The position numbers and the translations under genes were made by a program. 64,000 nt of DNA from Octopus vulgaris (lineage: Eukaryota). Position 1 is the first letter of the stretch. Each line of letters opens with the position of its first letter. The stretch is taken from assembly GCA_951406725.2 (NCBI GenBank), contig OX597826.1, positions 79,794,001 through 79,858,000 of the forward strand. Direction: 5' to 3'. The notes beneath the pieces are model-generated. The model did not search any database, had not been told where the DNA came from, and saw only the letters and a list, made by a program, of their open reading frames with translations. This document shows, piece by piece, positions 26,911-41,243 of the stretch.

Positions 26911-27499
26911 AAAAAGATAACTAACTAAAAATTTCCTTTCATTTGGCGAAAAGAGAAAATAAAATATAAATTTTATTCCAAGAAAAAATGGGAGATAATT
27001 TCGAGAGATTAAGTATTAAATTCACAAAATAAATCTACAATTTTTAGGGGAACATTTTTTCTTTCTTTCCAATCAAAAAGACAACAACGGACATGTTTCT
27101 TTCTACTTGATCCTCATCACCATAAAATAATGTATTCAACTTTGATTAGAAAATGAAGATTTCGAGCATGTCATTATCAAATATCTTTTATTTTTTTTAC
27201 TTATTCCAGTTATTAGACTACAACCTAGCTGGGGCATGCACTTGGAATATTTTTCAATACTCATGTTTATTTCAATACGTATTTTTAAGCCATTCTCAGA
27301 AAAAAGTGGTGATAAAAACAAACCGGAAATTAATTTCACTAATTTAATTTATATACTTTGGTGAAAATCTCATCTTTGTTTGCTGATAAGGAATCAAACT
27401 ATATACATGTTTCAATCTTATTTGATCTCATTATCATAACAGTCTACACAAACTAAAATTCCTATATTAAAAATAACTAAAAATATGTTGAAACAATAA

Positions 27500-27920
27500 T
27501 GCGTCGGCGCAAACACGGTTGTGCAGTAAAGAGTTTGTTTTCGAATCACAAAGTTCTGTTTCCTGGTCGAGTTCCACTGCTTCTTGGGATAATGTCTTTT
27601 ACCATAGTTCAGCCAACCAAAGCCTTGTGAATGGATTTGACAAATGGAAACTGAATAAAGCCAGTCATGTGTGCGTGTGTGCGTGCATATTTCTCCCCTA
27701 TCATGGCGTGACAATTGGTGTTGATTTGTTTCCGTCCCCCTTAGCATTTCAGCTAAAGACACCGATAGCACTGGACTTAAAAACAAGACAAAAGAAAGAA
27801 GACAAATAAATAAATAAATGAAAATAAAAACTCAGGTACTGGCGTCGATTTGTTCGACAAACCCCTTCAAGGCTGTGTTCCCTTCATGTCTGCAGTCCAA
27901 GTGCTGGAACAAGTACAAGA
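27500..27920 (+). mobile_element. Old SINE family B copy
   Basis: accaaagccttgtgaatggattt and gtcgatttgttcgac segments. Confidence 0.6.
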
Positions 27921-28345
27921 TAAACGATAGCAAACGGTTTAAACGAGAATTATACTGCTGCAATTCGACTAACTTGGGAAGGCTTTAATAAACCAAACCC
28001 CCTGTACTGTATCGTTATATTCGTATCAGATAAGACAGCATATCTTTTAATTTGAAGCCACGGACTCATTGAACGAAGTACAATAGTTGCTCCATATAGC
28101 TGTGGACTTTAAAAAATGTATCATCACTAATCAATATATTTCCAAGTCAGTTGCCTCAGAAATAGCACAAATGTTATAAACGTTACAGAATTTGTCTTCA
28201 GTTTGCTCTCACACTTTATCAGTTGCCTTACGAACGATATACAATTGTTTTGCATTAGATTTATGCCATCAATTTCGTCCTAAACTTATAACAACATTTG
28301 CATCAACCGCAACAGAATAATATCGCATTACCACTCGCGCTCCCG

Positions 28346-28414
<69 letters not shown>

Positions 28415-28624
28415 TGTATGTATGAATGTATGTATGTATGTATGTATGTATGTATGTATGTATGTATGTATATAAATATATATATGTTATTCTACCAAAT
28501 ATATGCGTGTTTATATATAAGTAAATATATATAATATAATATATATATATATATAATATATATATAACATATATAATACACACACACATATATATATAAC
28601 ATACAAACATATATATTATGAGTG

Positions 28625-28662
<38 letters not shown>

Positions 28663-28702
28663 TATATATATACACACATACATACATACATACATACATA
28701 CA

Positions 28703-28779
<77 letters not shown>

Positions 28780-31134
28780 GCGCATGCATACATATGCATA
28801 TACAGACACACACAGTCACAAGGCTGAAAAATATAAAAGAATAAAAGAATGTGTGTGTGTGTGCTTGGTTAGATAGGTCGTAGTGCTCTATAGTCTAGAG
28901 TACAGCACTCAGAATTAGAAATGGTTTTAGAATTTAGAGTGGAGGAGTGCACTGAAATCGAGAACCCTACCGGGACCCGACACTGCTTCTACGCGCTCCC
29001 ACTATAACCGGGGGTTTTATGCCGATATTGGCCCAACGAGCCGCCACAGAACCTACAAAGTGTAAAGTTGCTAATCTTGTCATCTTTTAAGACATGAAGG
29101 GCGAACGTCACAAATATTTACACTCTCATACATACAGACATACACACACAATGCTTTTATATGCATAGAAATATACGCACATACACTTGAACACACACAC
29201 ATAGATACACACACATACACACACACGCACGCGCTTCATTGATATAGTCAATGTAAGAATTAACACGTTGTTACAAATGGTTTTATGACTGAGTTAAAAA
29301 ATAATGAATCGTTGAACAATATCAACCGAGCGACTGTCTCTGAAGGCTATTGTCTGGTGGTGAGAAGACAGTCGAGGACAGATGCTTCTGCAACAGTTGG
29401 CACCAGCCAAGGAACACTGGTATATACAGAGTAGAACACATTTATGGCTTGGGTAATTTGCATAAATTAAACAAAAATTAGATTAGAGAAATAACTCAGA
29501 TGTGGCCAGCGGCATGTAGACGAACGACATAAACAAATGCAGGTCTTTAAAATACCATACAACGTCACACACACACACACGCACACACACACACACGCAC
29601 ACACACACACACATGCATATGTTATGGAGTAGATGGCAGGGTGATCTGACCGAGGGTGACAGATGCTTAAGAACTATCATTATATACACTTACGGTACCA
29701 TGGGGTCTTTATTATATATAAACATGGTTAGGGTTAAGCCCTGATACTCCCGAAACAGCTGTTAAGACATGACTATTACGTAACCCCTTTCATTTACTTG
29801 ATTGCTTTTTCCCGTACTCTATGGATCGTAGTGCTCTATATATTAGAGTACAGCACTCAGAATTAGAAATGGTTAGAGAATTTACAGTGAAGGACTGGAC
29901 CGAAATAAAAAATCACTGAAACTTTGGGTGAGTGGATGGTAGGGGAGTCAGCTAACATGTACACATATACATATACGCACACATACACACATATACACAT
30001 GTAAATGCACACTTACACACACACATATACACGCACACGCAACCTCACACAGACATACTCTTTTATACACCTACACACACATCTATCTGAATATAAGTTC
30101 CACAGTGCTCATTCCTAGAACCCAGTATGTGGAGTGGGTCACCACGGTTTCGATTCTCATCAATAGCAACAACTTTGCGCAATACTCCAGTGCTACACTT
30201 ATCGTCCTCTCTACTCTTCTTCTTCTTCTTCTTCTTCTTCTTCTTCTTCTTCTTCTTCTTCTTCTTCTTCTTCTTCTTCGTCTTCTTCTTTTTCTTCTTC
30301 TTCTTTCTCTTTCTCATCCTCCTCTCCCCCTTCCGCTTCCTCTCCCCCCTCCTCCTCCTCCTCTTTTGTATTTTGTACTCCATATAAATTTATATATTAA
30401 GTCTTCTCTTGATTCATCTTCCTTTGGATTGTTCTTGTAATTCAAAGACACAGCAGAGCCACCTGTTGCCGTAGCGTGATTCTGTCTGAGATTTACGATG
30501 AGGTTGTACGCACCTTTCGGCAAGTCGTTAAACTAGTTACATGTTATACCTGGCACAAGCGCTTCGGGTGAATTTTCATCAGAGACATACGAATATAGTA
30601 AAACCATCGCTTTCACTACCCCCCTGCCGCCCTTTAACCCTGAACCAGGAAGTTGTCCGCTTGTTACAAATACAGCTCAGACTAAGACGATTTCTCTCTC
30701 TCTCTCTCTCACGCACGCACAAGTACATACACACACAAATACATGCACACACAAATACATGCACACCCAAACAGACGGTTGCGAATTGGTAGTGTCATTA
30801 GAGTCTGTTGTATCTCGGGAGGGTCACTTTGCCAAATAATAAACGCACATGCACTGTTTCTATTACACTTCTTTTTCTATATTCTTTCAAATACTTGGCA
30901 AAAATATAAAAATACATATGGTGATTTTTATATCCTAACAGATGATTGCTATCTTTCTGTGCTTCCCCGTTGTCAATGCCATTTTGAATTTTCCGTCCAT
31001 AATCTCCCAGGTGACTATTTAATCCCGTTACAGATGTGCATCAAAATGGAAGTTGTAACTTCTACTGAGTTAATCGGGTCATCGTGTGACATCCATATGT
31101 GGCTACTCAATTTATGTTATCTATATTCAATGAA

Positions 31135-31452
31135 AGCACCGCCTTTAAACGAACAAATCGACATCAGGACTTATTCTTTGTAAGCCTAGTACTTATTCCA
31201 TCGATCTCTTACGCCGAACCGTTTAGTTACGGGGTCGTAAACACCCCAACATCGGTTGTCAAGCGATGGTGGGAGACAAACACACACACACGCATATATT
31301 TACGCGATGGGCTTTTTTTAGTTTCCGTTTACCAAATCTACTCATAAGGCTTTAGTCGTCCCGTCGTTTTAGTAGAAGACACTTGCCGGAGGTGCCACGC
31401 TGTGGGACTGAACCCGGAACCATGTGGTTGGAAAGCAAGCTTCTTACCACAT
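31135..31452 (-). mobile_element. SINE family B
   Basis: Matches 8120-8560. Confidence 0.85.
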
Positions 31453-31853
31453 ATATATTTCTGCTTGTATTTTGTAGGTGTATTGGAGGTAAAGGCTAAA
31501 CATTGAATAAAAAAAGCAAAATTGGGAAGGAAATAGGAATGCATAAAGAAGGAGGAGGAGGGGGAGGAAGGGAGGAAGAGGATGGGAGGAAGAAGGAGAT
31601 CATGGAGGTGGGGTGGGGTGCAGAAATGTTAAAGAATTAAAAAGGGCGTGTTGTGTATGTATTTGCGTATGTATGTATGCATCTATGTGCATCAGAAAGC
31701 GGGTGTGATTGTCGTATTTCTCTCTGCCTCTCCTTCTCGCCCTTACTCTCTATCTCCATTCTCTGTTTCTTCTTGCTTTTTCTTGCTTTCATTTATTTTT
31801 TCTTTGGTCATATCGAATATCTCTTGAGATGCTAAAAAGTAATAAAGGGAAAC

Positions 31854-31914
<61 letters not shown>

Positions 31915-32999
31915 ATAAGAGAGGAAGAGAGTGAAGGAGAGAGGGAGAGAGTGTTGGTTGGAATATGTTTTGTGCGTTTGTCTCTGTAGACGTTTTTAAA
32001 AGTGTGTCTGTGTGTGTGTATCGTTGAGAGAAAAAGAAAAGAGAGACTGAGATATACATACATGAAGGAAGAGAGAGAGAGAGAGAGAGAGAGAGGTAAG
32101 TATAGGAGAGAGTTAGGTCAAAGACAGAGATAGAGAAGAAAGTGAAAGAGAGGAATTGAGAGTATGTGTGTGTTTATCGCGAGGAACAAGGGACAAAGAG
32201 GGAGAGGTAGAGAGATGGGTATGTGGTGAAAGATTGATGTGTTGTGTATTACAGGTTGTATGAGATAAAGAGAGAGAGAGAGAGGTAAAATAAGATACCA
32301 AGAGAGAGAGAGAAAGAAAGAGTGAATGAGAGAGCGCGGGTTGTTGAAAAGAGTGTGTGTGTTGTTGAAAGTTTTGTGTGAGTGGATGTTAGGGGAGTCA
32401 GCTAAGATGTACACAGATATTGTATACACATACATACACACACATACACATGTAAATGCACACTTACACACACACATACACACATACACGCACATACACA
32501 CTCACACAGACATACTCTTTTACACACAGACACACACATCTATCTGAATATAAGTTCCACAGTGCTCATTCATAGAATCCAGTATATAGAGCAGGTCACC
32601 ACGGTTTCGATTCTATCCTTATCGTTCCCGTCACTCTTCTTCTTCTTCTTCTTCTTCTTCTTCTTCTTCTTCTTCTTCTTCTTCTTCTTCTTCTTCTTCT
32701 TCTTCTTCTTCTTCTTCTTCTTCTTCTTCACCTTCCTCCTCACCTTGCCACGTCACTAACGCAAGAACCGCCATCTTTCTCACACCCCACCCCACCCCAC
32801 ACCACCACACGCCAATATCACTGCAGACCCTCCCTACAACTTGACACTCTCCGCCATCACTATCTCTACCTGAAATTCAGAAAAAAAAAAAAATCAACAT
32901 CTGACCTCTCACCTCTATTGCACTAACGAATAAGTCGACCTAGGAGAGTGACATATAACCACTTAAATTGACAGAAATAGCACCCATATCTGCCTTAGA

Positions 33000-33132
33000 T
33001 TCTTTTCTACTCCAGGCACAAGGCCCATAACTGTTTGGGAGGAGGTCAATCGATTAGATCGACCTCAGTACGCAACTGCTACTTAATTTATCGACCCCGA
33101 AATTATGAAAAGCAAAGTCGACCTCGGCGGAT
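33000..33132 (-). mobile_element. SINE family C 3' part
   Basis: Matches 2650-2780. Confidence 0.8.
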
Positions 33133-34001
33133 ATCTCCCTTAAATCAATATCTTAAAGAACAGGTTAAAGAATGAAGTTGCGTGGAACAATGGTTGAAAA
33201 GAAAACGAAATGGGGTGGTCACGGCTGTAACGCCTTTATCAAATGTTTGCTCAAGCAGGGATGACATAAGAAACAATGACACCAACAGACACCCACAATA
33301 TCATAATCACAAAGCACTGTCATATGCAGTTCCGTCATAACCTCTGCAGTTACAATCCATGTCGTAAGCGTTAGTCACAAAAGCCTGTCATAATCCCTAC
33401 AATCACAAGTCACCCATTATAGTCACAAACGACGTCATAGCTATTATAGTCATAAGTCTTCGTCATAGCCACTATGATCATAACCCTCGTCAGATCCTCA
33501 ACCACACCTACAATAGCAACACTCCATCTTAACCAGTAAAATCACTGCCACTTTCAGCTCCTGATCGTAACCATTAAAATCACAGCCTTCGTCATAACCA
33601 TCATCATTATCATCATAATCAATGTTTACCAGAAGCGCCACTAACCACCGCCTTCAGCACCACCTACAACAACACACGCACTATCAACACACCGCCTCTG
33701 CCATCGCACCATCATCATCACCACCACAACCATCATTATTGTTATGACCATTAACGCCAACCTAACACCTCCACTACCAACACCCCACCATTATCCCCTG
33801 ATTGATCAGCTGCAAATAGCAGCCGGATTTCTGCGATAATTAGTCACCATCTTTAAACTGGACACATTAGATGGTTCCGGGTTCAGTTGCACTGCATGAC
33901 ACCATAAGCAAGAGTCTTCTACAATGGTCTCGGGCCGACTAAAGCCTTGTGAACGGATTCGGTAGTAAAAAATTGAAAGAAGACCGTCGGGTATATATAT
34001 G

Positions 34002-34036
<35 letters not shown>

Positions 34037-34092
34037 GTATATATCTATATCTGTCTATCTATATATATGAATATACACACACACATATATAT

Positions 34093-34171
<79 letters not shown>

Positions 34172-34354
34172 TGAGAATTTACAAAAAAAGCAAAAGACAA
34201 AGACAGGTGGTGTAGGCAACAAACAGATGTATTAGTTTAACGCTCAGAAAGTGAAAAAGTCTAACATTTCGAGCCTACGCTCTTCCACAGAAGGGAATAC
34301 AAAAAGAAACAAGGAGAGAAAATAAAGAATGTGTGGTGGTTAGCGATCTATCAT

Positions 34355-34426
<72 letters not shown>

Positions 34427-35118
34427 CATACATATATATATAGTTGAAATTTATAGAAAAACAAAAGACGAAGACAGGTGTATGAACAACAAGCAGGTGT
34501 TTTAGTTTGACGCTCGGAAAAATGAAAAATTTTTTTACGTTTCGAGCCTACGCTCTTCCACAGAAAGAAAATAAACAGAGAGAATGGAAAAAAAACACAA
34601 AGCAAAACAGGAGATTTAACTGTCAAACTGCGACTGATTAGAAAAAAGTTTGAAAGAAGTGGTTAGAAGAAAGGGCGATAATAAAGTGGTGGTGATCCCA
34701 CTTGAAGGTGCGCATGTGTATGTGTGTATGTGTAAGTGTGTGTGTGTGAATAGGGACTAGTGACTTTGACGTGTGTGGATGTGTGCGTGTGTAAGTGTGC
34801 GCGTCTGTAACGTGTGGCTACTCATATAGTGGTATGTGTGATAACGCTATTAAAGATTATGTGTGGGTTCTGAGAAGCGGTCAGTGCTAGTGTGTGTGTA
34901 GTGGTGTGTGGTTGGGGGTGGGTGTATGGATGTGGGGATGTGAATGTGGGGTGTGGACGTGTGGGTGTGGTGGTATCAAGGAAGAGAGGGGGTAGGTAGG
35001 AATGAAGAGAGGAAGTAGGTGTCAGATGAAGAGAGGAGGGATGTTGAGCCCATGTGCTGCAAAGAGCGAAGGGAGAAGATTAATTTGTGTTCACGGCGAA
35101 GGCGGGATTCCAGATGGC
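34172..35118 (-). mobile_element. Penelope-like 3' remnant with two tandem hammerhead-bearing terminal repeats
   Basis: 35040-35118 matches the PLE end at 19970-20040; terminal repeats at 34172-34352 and 34441-34620, each containing tttcgagcctacgctcttccacagaa. Confidence 0.8.
34532..34567 (-). ncRNA. Minimal hammerhead-like motif (core CUGUGGA); second copy at 34258-34295
   Basis: rc: cttt CTGTGGA a GAGC gtag GCTC GAAA CGT A aaaa. Confidence 0.55.
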
Positions 35119-36244
35119 TCGTGTGTGTGTGTGTGTGTCGATGTTGATGTGTTAACGTCCCTGTAACCTTGCAATTCGGCAAAATAGAGCGATACAAAAG
35201 GATAATAGAACCGGGATAGATTAGCATGACCGCAGTCTAATGACTTAAACAAGGAAGAGATAACAGATACCATATATGAAAGTAAGACAAAACTGGACTT
35301 CCAATTGAAAAAGTCTTTGATTATTGATCTCTTCATCGGGAGCTGAGTTGGGACAGAGTAACATCATTACAAATAACATATTTGCCATCACCACAATGAC
35401 GACGACGACGACGACCACCACCACCACTACCGCTGCCGCCACCATGATATGAGGTGATTCGATCTGTTAGAAATAACAGTCAATTCGATCTTAGAAATTA
35501 AATTTCTAGCTTCTGGGAATACAGTATTGTTACAGGTAACGCTATAAAGGCAGTGTATTTTAGGGCTACAATGCATTTGGGCAACAGCTTAAACAAGATC
35601 AAGTGCTACCACTAATTTGACAACCACTAATATCTCAAGTGTCACCAACGTTGTATCATTACACCCTATCACCGCTGGCACCACCATCATCGTCACCAAC
35701 ACCTCCACCGCCAGGGCCACCGCCGCCGCCTTCATGGTGGCCACCATCGCCGCCGTCGTCATCTCCATCATCTCCACCATCACCACCAGTATCATCAGTT
35801 TTACCACTCGCACCTTGATCACCGCTGTTACCACAACCACTCTCAACACCACCCCTACTATCTCCTGTCAGCACCCCTCCCATCACCACCGCCATCATTT
35901 TCATTCCTCCTCATCCCATCATTTATTACTCAACTCCCCCCACCCACCACCACAAATGCCATCGCCACCACCACCACCACCACCACCACCACCACCATCA
36001 CCACAGACGCCATCATCAACAGAATCCAACTCGTCTTTTGTTCCTTTTGAAATCGCCAGAAGTATCGCCATAGAGAGAGAAAGAGAGATAGAGTGGCAGA
36101 AAAGAAAGAAAGAAGAATAGAGGAAGAGGGGGAGAGATGGATAGACGGAGAGAGAAGGAGAGAGGAAGAAAGAGATAGGTGTGAGAGGGAGAAAGTAAGG
36201 GAAAGGTAGAGAGTGAGAATGAGAAAGGCAGAAACGAGCAGAGA

Positions 36245-36280
<36 letters not shown>

Positions 36281-36555
36281 GAAAGGGATAGATGTGAAAG
36301 GGAGAGAGTAGGAGATGAGTAGAGAGTGAAAATAAAAAATGGCAGAAATAAGGAGAGAGAGAGAGAGAGAGAGAGGAGAAGGAGAAAGTGCTGACCAAAC
36401 ATGTCTGTATCTGTGTGTGCGTGTGTTTGTGTGTGTGTCTTAGGTACAGACTCACACGGGCACACACAATCAGACAAAGCTCATACATACATTTACAATA
36501 CTACAAGGTAGGTGACACATTCATACACACACACATGCACACACGAACACACACA

Positions 36556-36593
<38 letters not shown>

Positions 36594-36683
36594 CCCGCAC
36601 AGAGTGTCAGGAACAAAAGTAGCTAATATACACACCCGTAAACACGGTCAATACAACAACAGACCTAGCTGATCGTAGAGAGA

Positions 36684-36765
<82 letters not shown>

Positions 36766-36904
36766 TTGTGTCGATAAAAGACTGGGTAGAGAAATAGTGA
36801 AGGGTGGATTATTGGTGTTCAGGTGAGGGTGGCGACATTGGTGTTGGTGATTTCTGGCCGTTTTCTCTCTGTTTCTCACTGACCTTAGTTGTTAGTGGCC
36901 GAGA

Positions 36905-37083
36905 GGGTGGTTATGATGATGACGATGATGATGATGATGATGATGGTCATACTGTTGTTGCTGTTGCTGGTGGTGGTGGTGGAGGTGTTGGTAAATAGGA
37001 GGGCGGTGATGAAAGTGATAATGATGATGGTGAGGAATGAATGAAGAAAATGGTGACGATGGAGGTGATACTCATCGTGAAGC

Positions 37084-37117
<34 letters not shown>

Positions 37118-37270
37118 AGTGATGATGGTAATGATGATGATGATAGTGGTGGCGGAGCCGGTGGTGTGACTGATAGTGATGTCGATGGCGACGGTGGAAG
37201 CGATGATGAAGATGATGATGATTAAGATGCTGGTTAAAGTGATGATGATGATGGAGATGATGATAATGAC

Positions 37271-37305
<35 letters not shown>

Positions 37306-37445
37306 CGATGATGACGATGATGATGATGATGATGACGATGATGATGATGAAGAAGAAGATGATGATGATGATGATGAAGAAGATGATGATGATGATGATG
37401 ACGATGATGATGATGATAGTGGTGGTGCTGATGGCGACGATAACC
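36905..37445. repeat. Compound (GAT)n/(GGT)n trinucleotide tract
   Basis: Directly visible; produces spurious poly-His/Ile/Met/Asp ORFs. Confidence 0.9.
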
Positions 37446-37954
37446 GTTAGGATGGTGAAGCTGTCGACGATGGCAACGAATCTTCGGTAAGCGGCCACCA
37501 AAATATATCCAATCGTCGCTGCTCCCCTTCCACACCAAGCGCCGCCGCCGCCGCTCCTTCCTGCACCGCCACCGCCGCCATGGCACTCAAATGTTTCAAG
37601 CAGGCAGCAAGCAAGCAACAAGTGAAACTCAACAGACTAATATTACTTCAGTGTGTGTGTGCGTGTGTGTGTGTGTGTGTAAAAGTTCCAGATGATTCCG
37701 CAGTGTTATATAGTCTATATATCGCACCAACAGGTCGGCGGCAGTCGACGGCGGCGGCAGCCAGCAGCCAGCTCGCTTTTACTTCGTCACATGTTGCATC
37801 GCCTCTCTCCATCACTCATTCATTCCCTCACACTCGTTCGTTCGCTCGCTGCTAATATCAGCTTCAGAATTGCTACAGCTTGCGGTTTTGGTGTACGTGT
37901 GTGTGTGTGTGTGTGCGCTTTTGTATTCTATTGCATGGGTGCTGCAAATGGTAA

Positions 37955-37987
<33 letters not shown>

Positions 37988-38343
37988 GAGAGAGGGAGGG
38001 AGGGAGGGACAGAGGGAGGGAGAGAGAGGTAGAGACTCCTGTGTCTTCTCCGCCTTTCGCTGAAAGTGAGTTGAAGGGGAGAGGAAGAGGGTGAAGTAAC
38101 AGATATAGACCGAGAGAGTTTGAGAACGAGGGAGAGTTTGACGGTGTGGACGGATGAGAGAGAGAGAGAGAGAGAGAGAGTAGCAAGGAGGGAGACATGG
38201 TAATAGGAAGAGAAAAGGAGTATTAGAAAGAAGAGAGCAAGGGAGAGAGAGAGAGAGGGTGGATAGAGGGAGAGAGAGAGAGAGAAATGTGAAAGAGAGA
38301 TAGTGAGAATTAAAAAAAAAGGGAAAGAATTATACAAGGGAGG

Positions 38344-38388
<45 letters not shown>

Positions 38389-38650
38389 ATATATGGGAGG
38401 TAGCCGGAGATAGAAAGTGACTAAGATGTAGTGAGAAAGGGAAAGCGAGAGAAGAGCTAAAAGGAGGGAGTGGGCAGAGGTAGGACGTGAGAGAGAGAAA
38501 GAGAAAGAGAAAAAGAAAGAGAGAGAGAGAGAGAGAGAAAGAGAAAGAAAGAAATATGAAAGGGAGGTAGACAGAAATAGATATGAGTTAGAATTTGTTT
38601 TCGTTAATTTGTTGGCATAGTGACAGAGAAATTGAGAAAGATGGAATGTG

Positions 38651-38698
<48 letters not shown>

Positions 38699-38953
38699 CG
38701 AGAGAGAGAGAAAGAGCGAGAGAGAGAGAGAGAGAGTATAAGATGGAAGATCAGCTTGTGTCCCGTTGCTTGAAATGCAACCAGCAACAGCCTAATCTCC
38801 CTCAAATCAAATCACGTCTTTAACAATGCAGGACACATTGAATTAGAATAGTCCCAGACACCCCTAAAGATGGAATGGTTATAGCTCAAATATATTTGAC
38901 GATAGTTCTGTTGGACACACAATTGGCCTGTAGAAGAACAGCAGCAGCAGCAG

Positions 38954-39355
38954 TGGAGGCGCAGTGGTTAGGGCAGCGGACTCGCGGTCGGAGGATCGCG
39001 ATTTCGATTCCCAGACCGGGCGTTGTGTGCGTTTATTGACCGAAAACGCCTAAAGCTCCACGAGGCTCCGGCAGGGTGGGGTGGGGTGGCGACCCCTGTT
39101 GTACTCTTTCGCCCCAACTTTCTCTCACTCTTTCTTCTTGTTTCTTGTCCCCGATTTCTTACGCAACCGCTGAGCTTGGATGCGCATTCATCCATCCGTC
39201 GATGCTCTCTCTCGGTGTCGGAGGTTGACATGCTTTCTCTTCTGCAGGTCTTAGGAATAGCAAAGGACCACGTTTCGGACTTCTTCCACTACAGAGGCGC
39301 GATCTTGCGAGCTCTGGGACGAAGACCACTTCGCTCAACAAACAAACAAACAAAC
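38954..39355 (+). mobile_element. SINE family A variant with an alternative 3' half and (AAAC)n tail
   Basis: Head and body match 522-700 up to ~39135, then unrelated sequence ending caacaaacaaacaaacaaac; (GCA)n on both flanks. Confidence 0.8.
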
Positions 39356-39645
39356 GCAGCAGCAGCAGCAGCAAACTTCTATTGATGCTAATTAGAGCAG
39401 TGAACTGGCAGAATCTGTAGAATGCCGGGATGTTGGGAGTTCGAATTCCTGCAGAAAAATTTTGGTAGAACAAGTTGAGAATTAAAAAAAAAAAATTGTT
39501 TTTAAAGTTTGGTACTCATTCTATAGGATTTTACCAAACCGCTAACCGACAGGGAAGCAAACAAACCAGCACCAGTTGTCAAGCATTGGGGAGAGAAAAT
39601 CACAGATCCCATATGCATATGTATGTGTGTATATATATATATGTG

Positions 39646-39735
<90 letters not shown>

Positions 39736-39742
39736 TATATAT

Positions 39743-40955
39743 ATGCGTGATCTTGGCATAGTTGGAAAATTGGGAGAATGGCTTCATGACTTTCTGAAGG
39801 ATAGAAGTCAGGTGGTAGTAGCCAATGGGGCCACTTCCATTAACACGCAAATAGTGAGCGGTGTTCCGCAGGGCACTGTTTTGGGACTACTACTGTTCAT
39901 AATGGCCCTCTCAGACATGCCCTCAGCCACGCAGAGAGCCACGATCACAAGTTATGCAGATGATACAAAAGTTTCACAGGCAGTACAGAACCCTGAAGAC
40001 ACTAAGCACCTGCAATATGAGCTGGACAAAATATACAAGTGGGCTGAAAAGAATAGCATGCAGTTCAATGCTGAAAAGTTTCAAGCTTTATGCTATCAGC
40101 ATGCAAAACTGAATGCAATACCCAATGAATACACTGGACCCGGAGGGATTGCAATCCCAGAGGCACAATCAGTGCGTGACCTGGGTATTCACATGAGTGA
40201 TGACGCAACCTTTCATGTACATGTTGCTAAACTGGCAATGAAATGTAGACGGTTGGCCGGATGGATTCTTAGAACCTTTAGAACAAGAGAACAAGAAACC
40301 ATGATGGTCCTCTGGAAGACACTTGTCCTAAGCCACTTTGACTATTGCACTCAGCTATGGTCACCATCCAGTGTCAAGTTGATCACAGAACTTGAGGCGA
40401 TCCAACGAAGCTACACGAAGAAGATAGCCTCTGTGCAGCATATAAGCTACTGGGAAAGACTCAAGAGATTAAAACTCTATTCCTTGGAGCGTAGGCGAGA
40501 AAGATATGCCATAATATATCTGGAAGATCCTGGAAGGACTTGTCCCAAACTTTGGCATCAAGAGTCACACAAATGCCAGAACCGGGCGCCACTGCGTGGT
40601 ACCAAGGACTCCAAATTTGCCATCAAAATGTAGGACAAGATACTGTGATAGCCTGGGCTTCAAAGGCCCACAGCTCTTCAATATCCTCCCGAAGAACCTG
40701 AGGGACCTGCATGGTGTAGATGCGGATGTCTTTAAAGTAGGACTGGATCTCTTCCTGTCAGGTGTCCCGGATGAACCAACTTCACGGCAGGAGGTGCAGA
40801 TGAGGGCAGCTGCATCGGACTCTCTCATGCACCAAATGGCAGTTGCTAAAAAGCATTCGTGAGGTAAAATCATGTTGCAAACCAAATGGCGGTGCCCCAA
40901 CATGGCCACAGCTCATGAGCTGAAACTGGAAAAATCAAAATCAAATCAAAATCAT
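39743..40955 (+). mobile_element. 5'-truncated CR1/L2-group LINE: RT C-terminal half and 3' UTR
   Basis: [20 protein letters not shown] and LYSLERRRERY motifs. A frameshift near 40519 continues into ORF 40596-40862. 3' stem-loop and (AAAATC)n tail; 5' end abuts (TA)n. Confidence 0.92.
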
Positions 40956-41067
40956 ATTCTAATATTTCTTTTTAAAATTTTAATTTTAACATTTCTATTA
41001 TATGTAATTTTCTAGATGGTGTAATTTAATTGTTGTTTTTGAATTGATAAAAGGTGTTTTTTCTAAT

Positions 41068-41108
<41 letters not shown>

Positions 41109-41191
41109 GTTGTGTGAAATTTGATTTAGTATTTCTAAATTGAATTTTCCCCTGTAAGTTAGGATTAATATTCCCTCAAGTAATTATATGC

Positions 41192-41243
<52 letters not shown>

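Noticed and set aside
35617-36120. Thr/Pro-rich 167-aa ORF resembling a mucin or formin segment
   Set aside because: Low-complexity (CAC/CAT)n sequence with no splice or homology support.
36885-37586. 233-aa His-rich ORF and overlapping poly-Ile/Met/Asp ORFs
   Set aside because: Read-through of a (CAT)n microsatellite; open in several frames and no domain signal.
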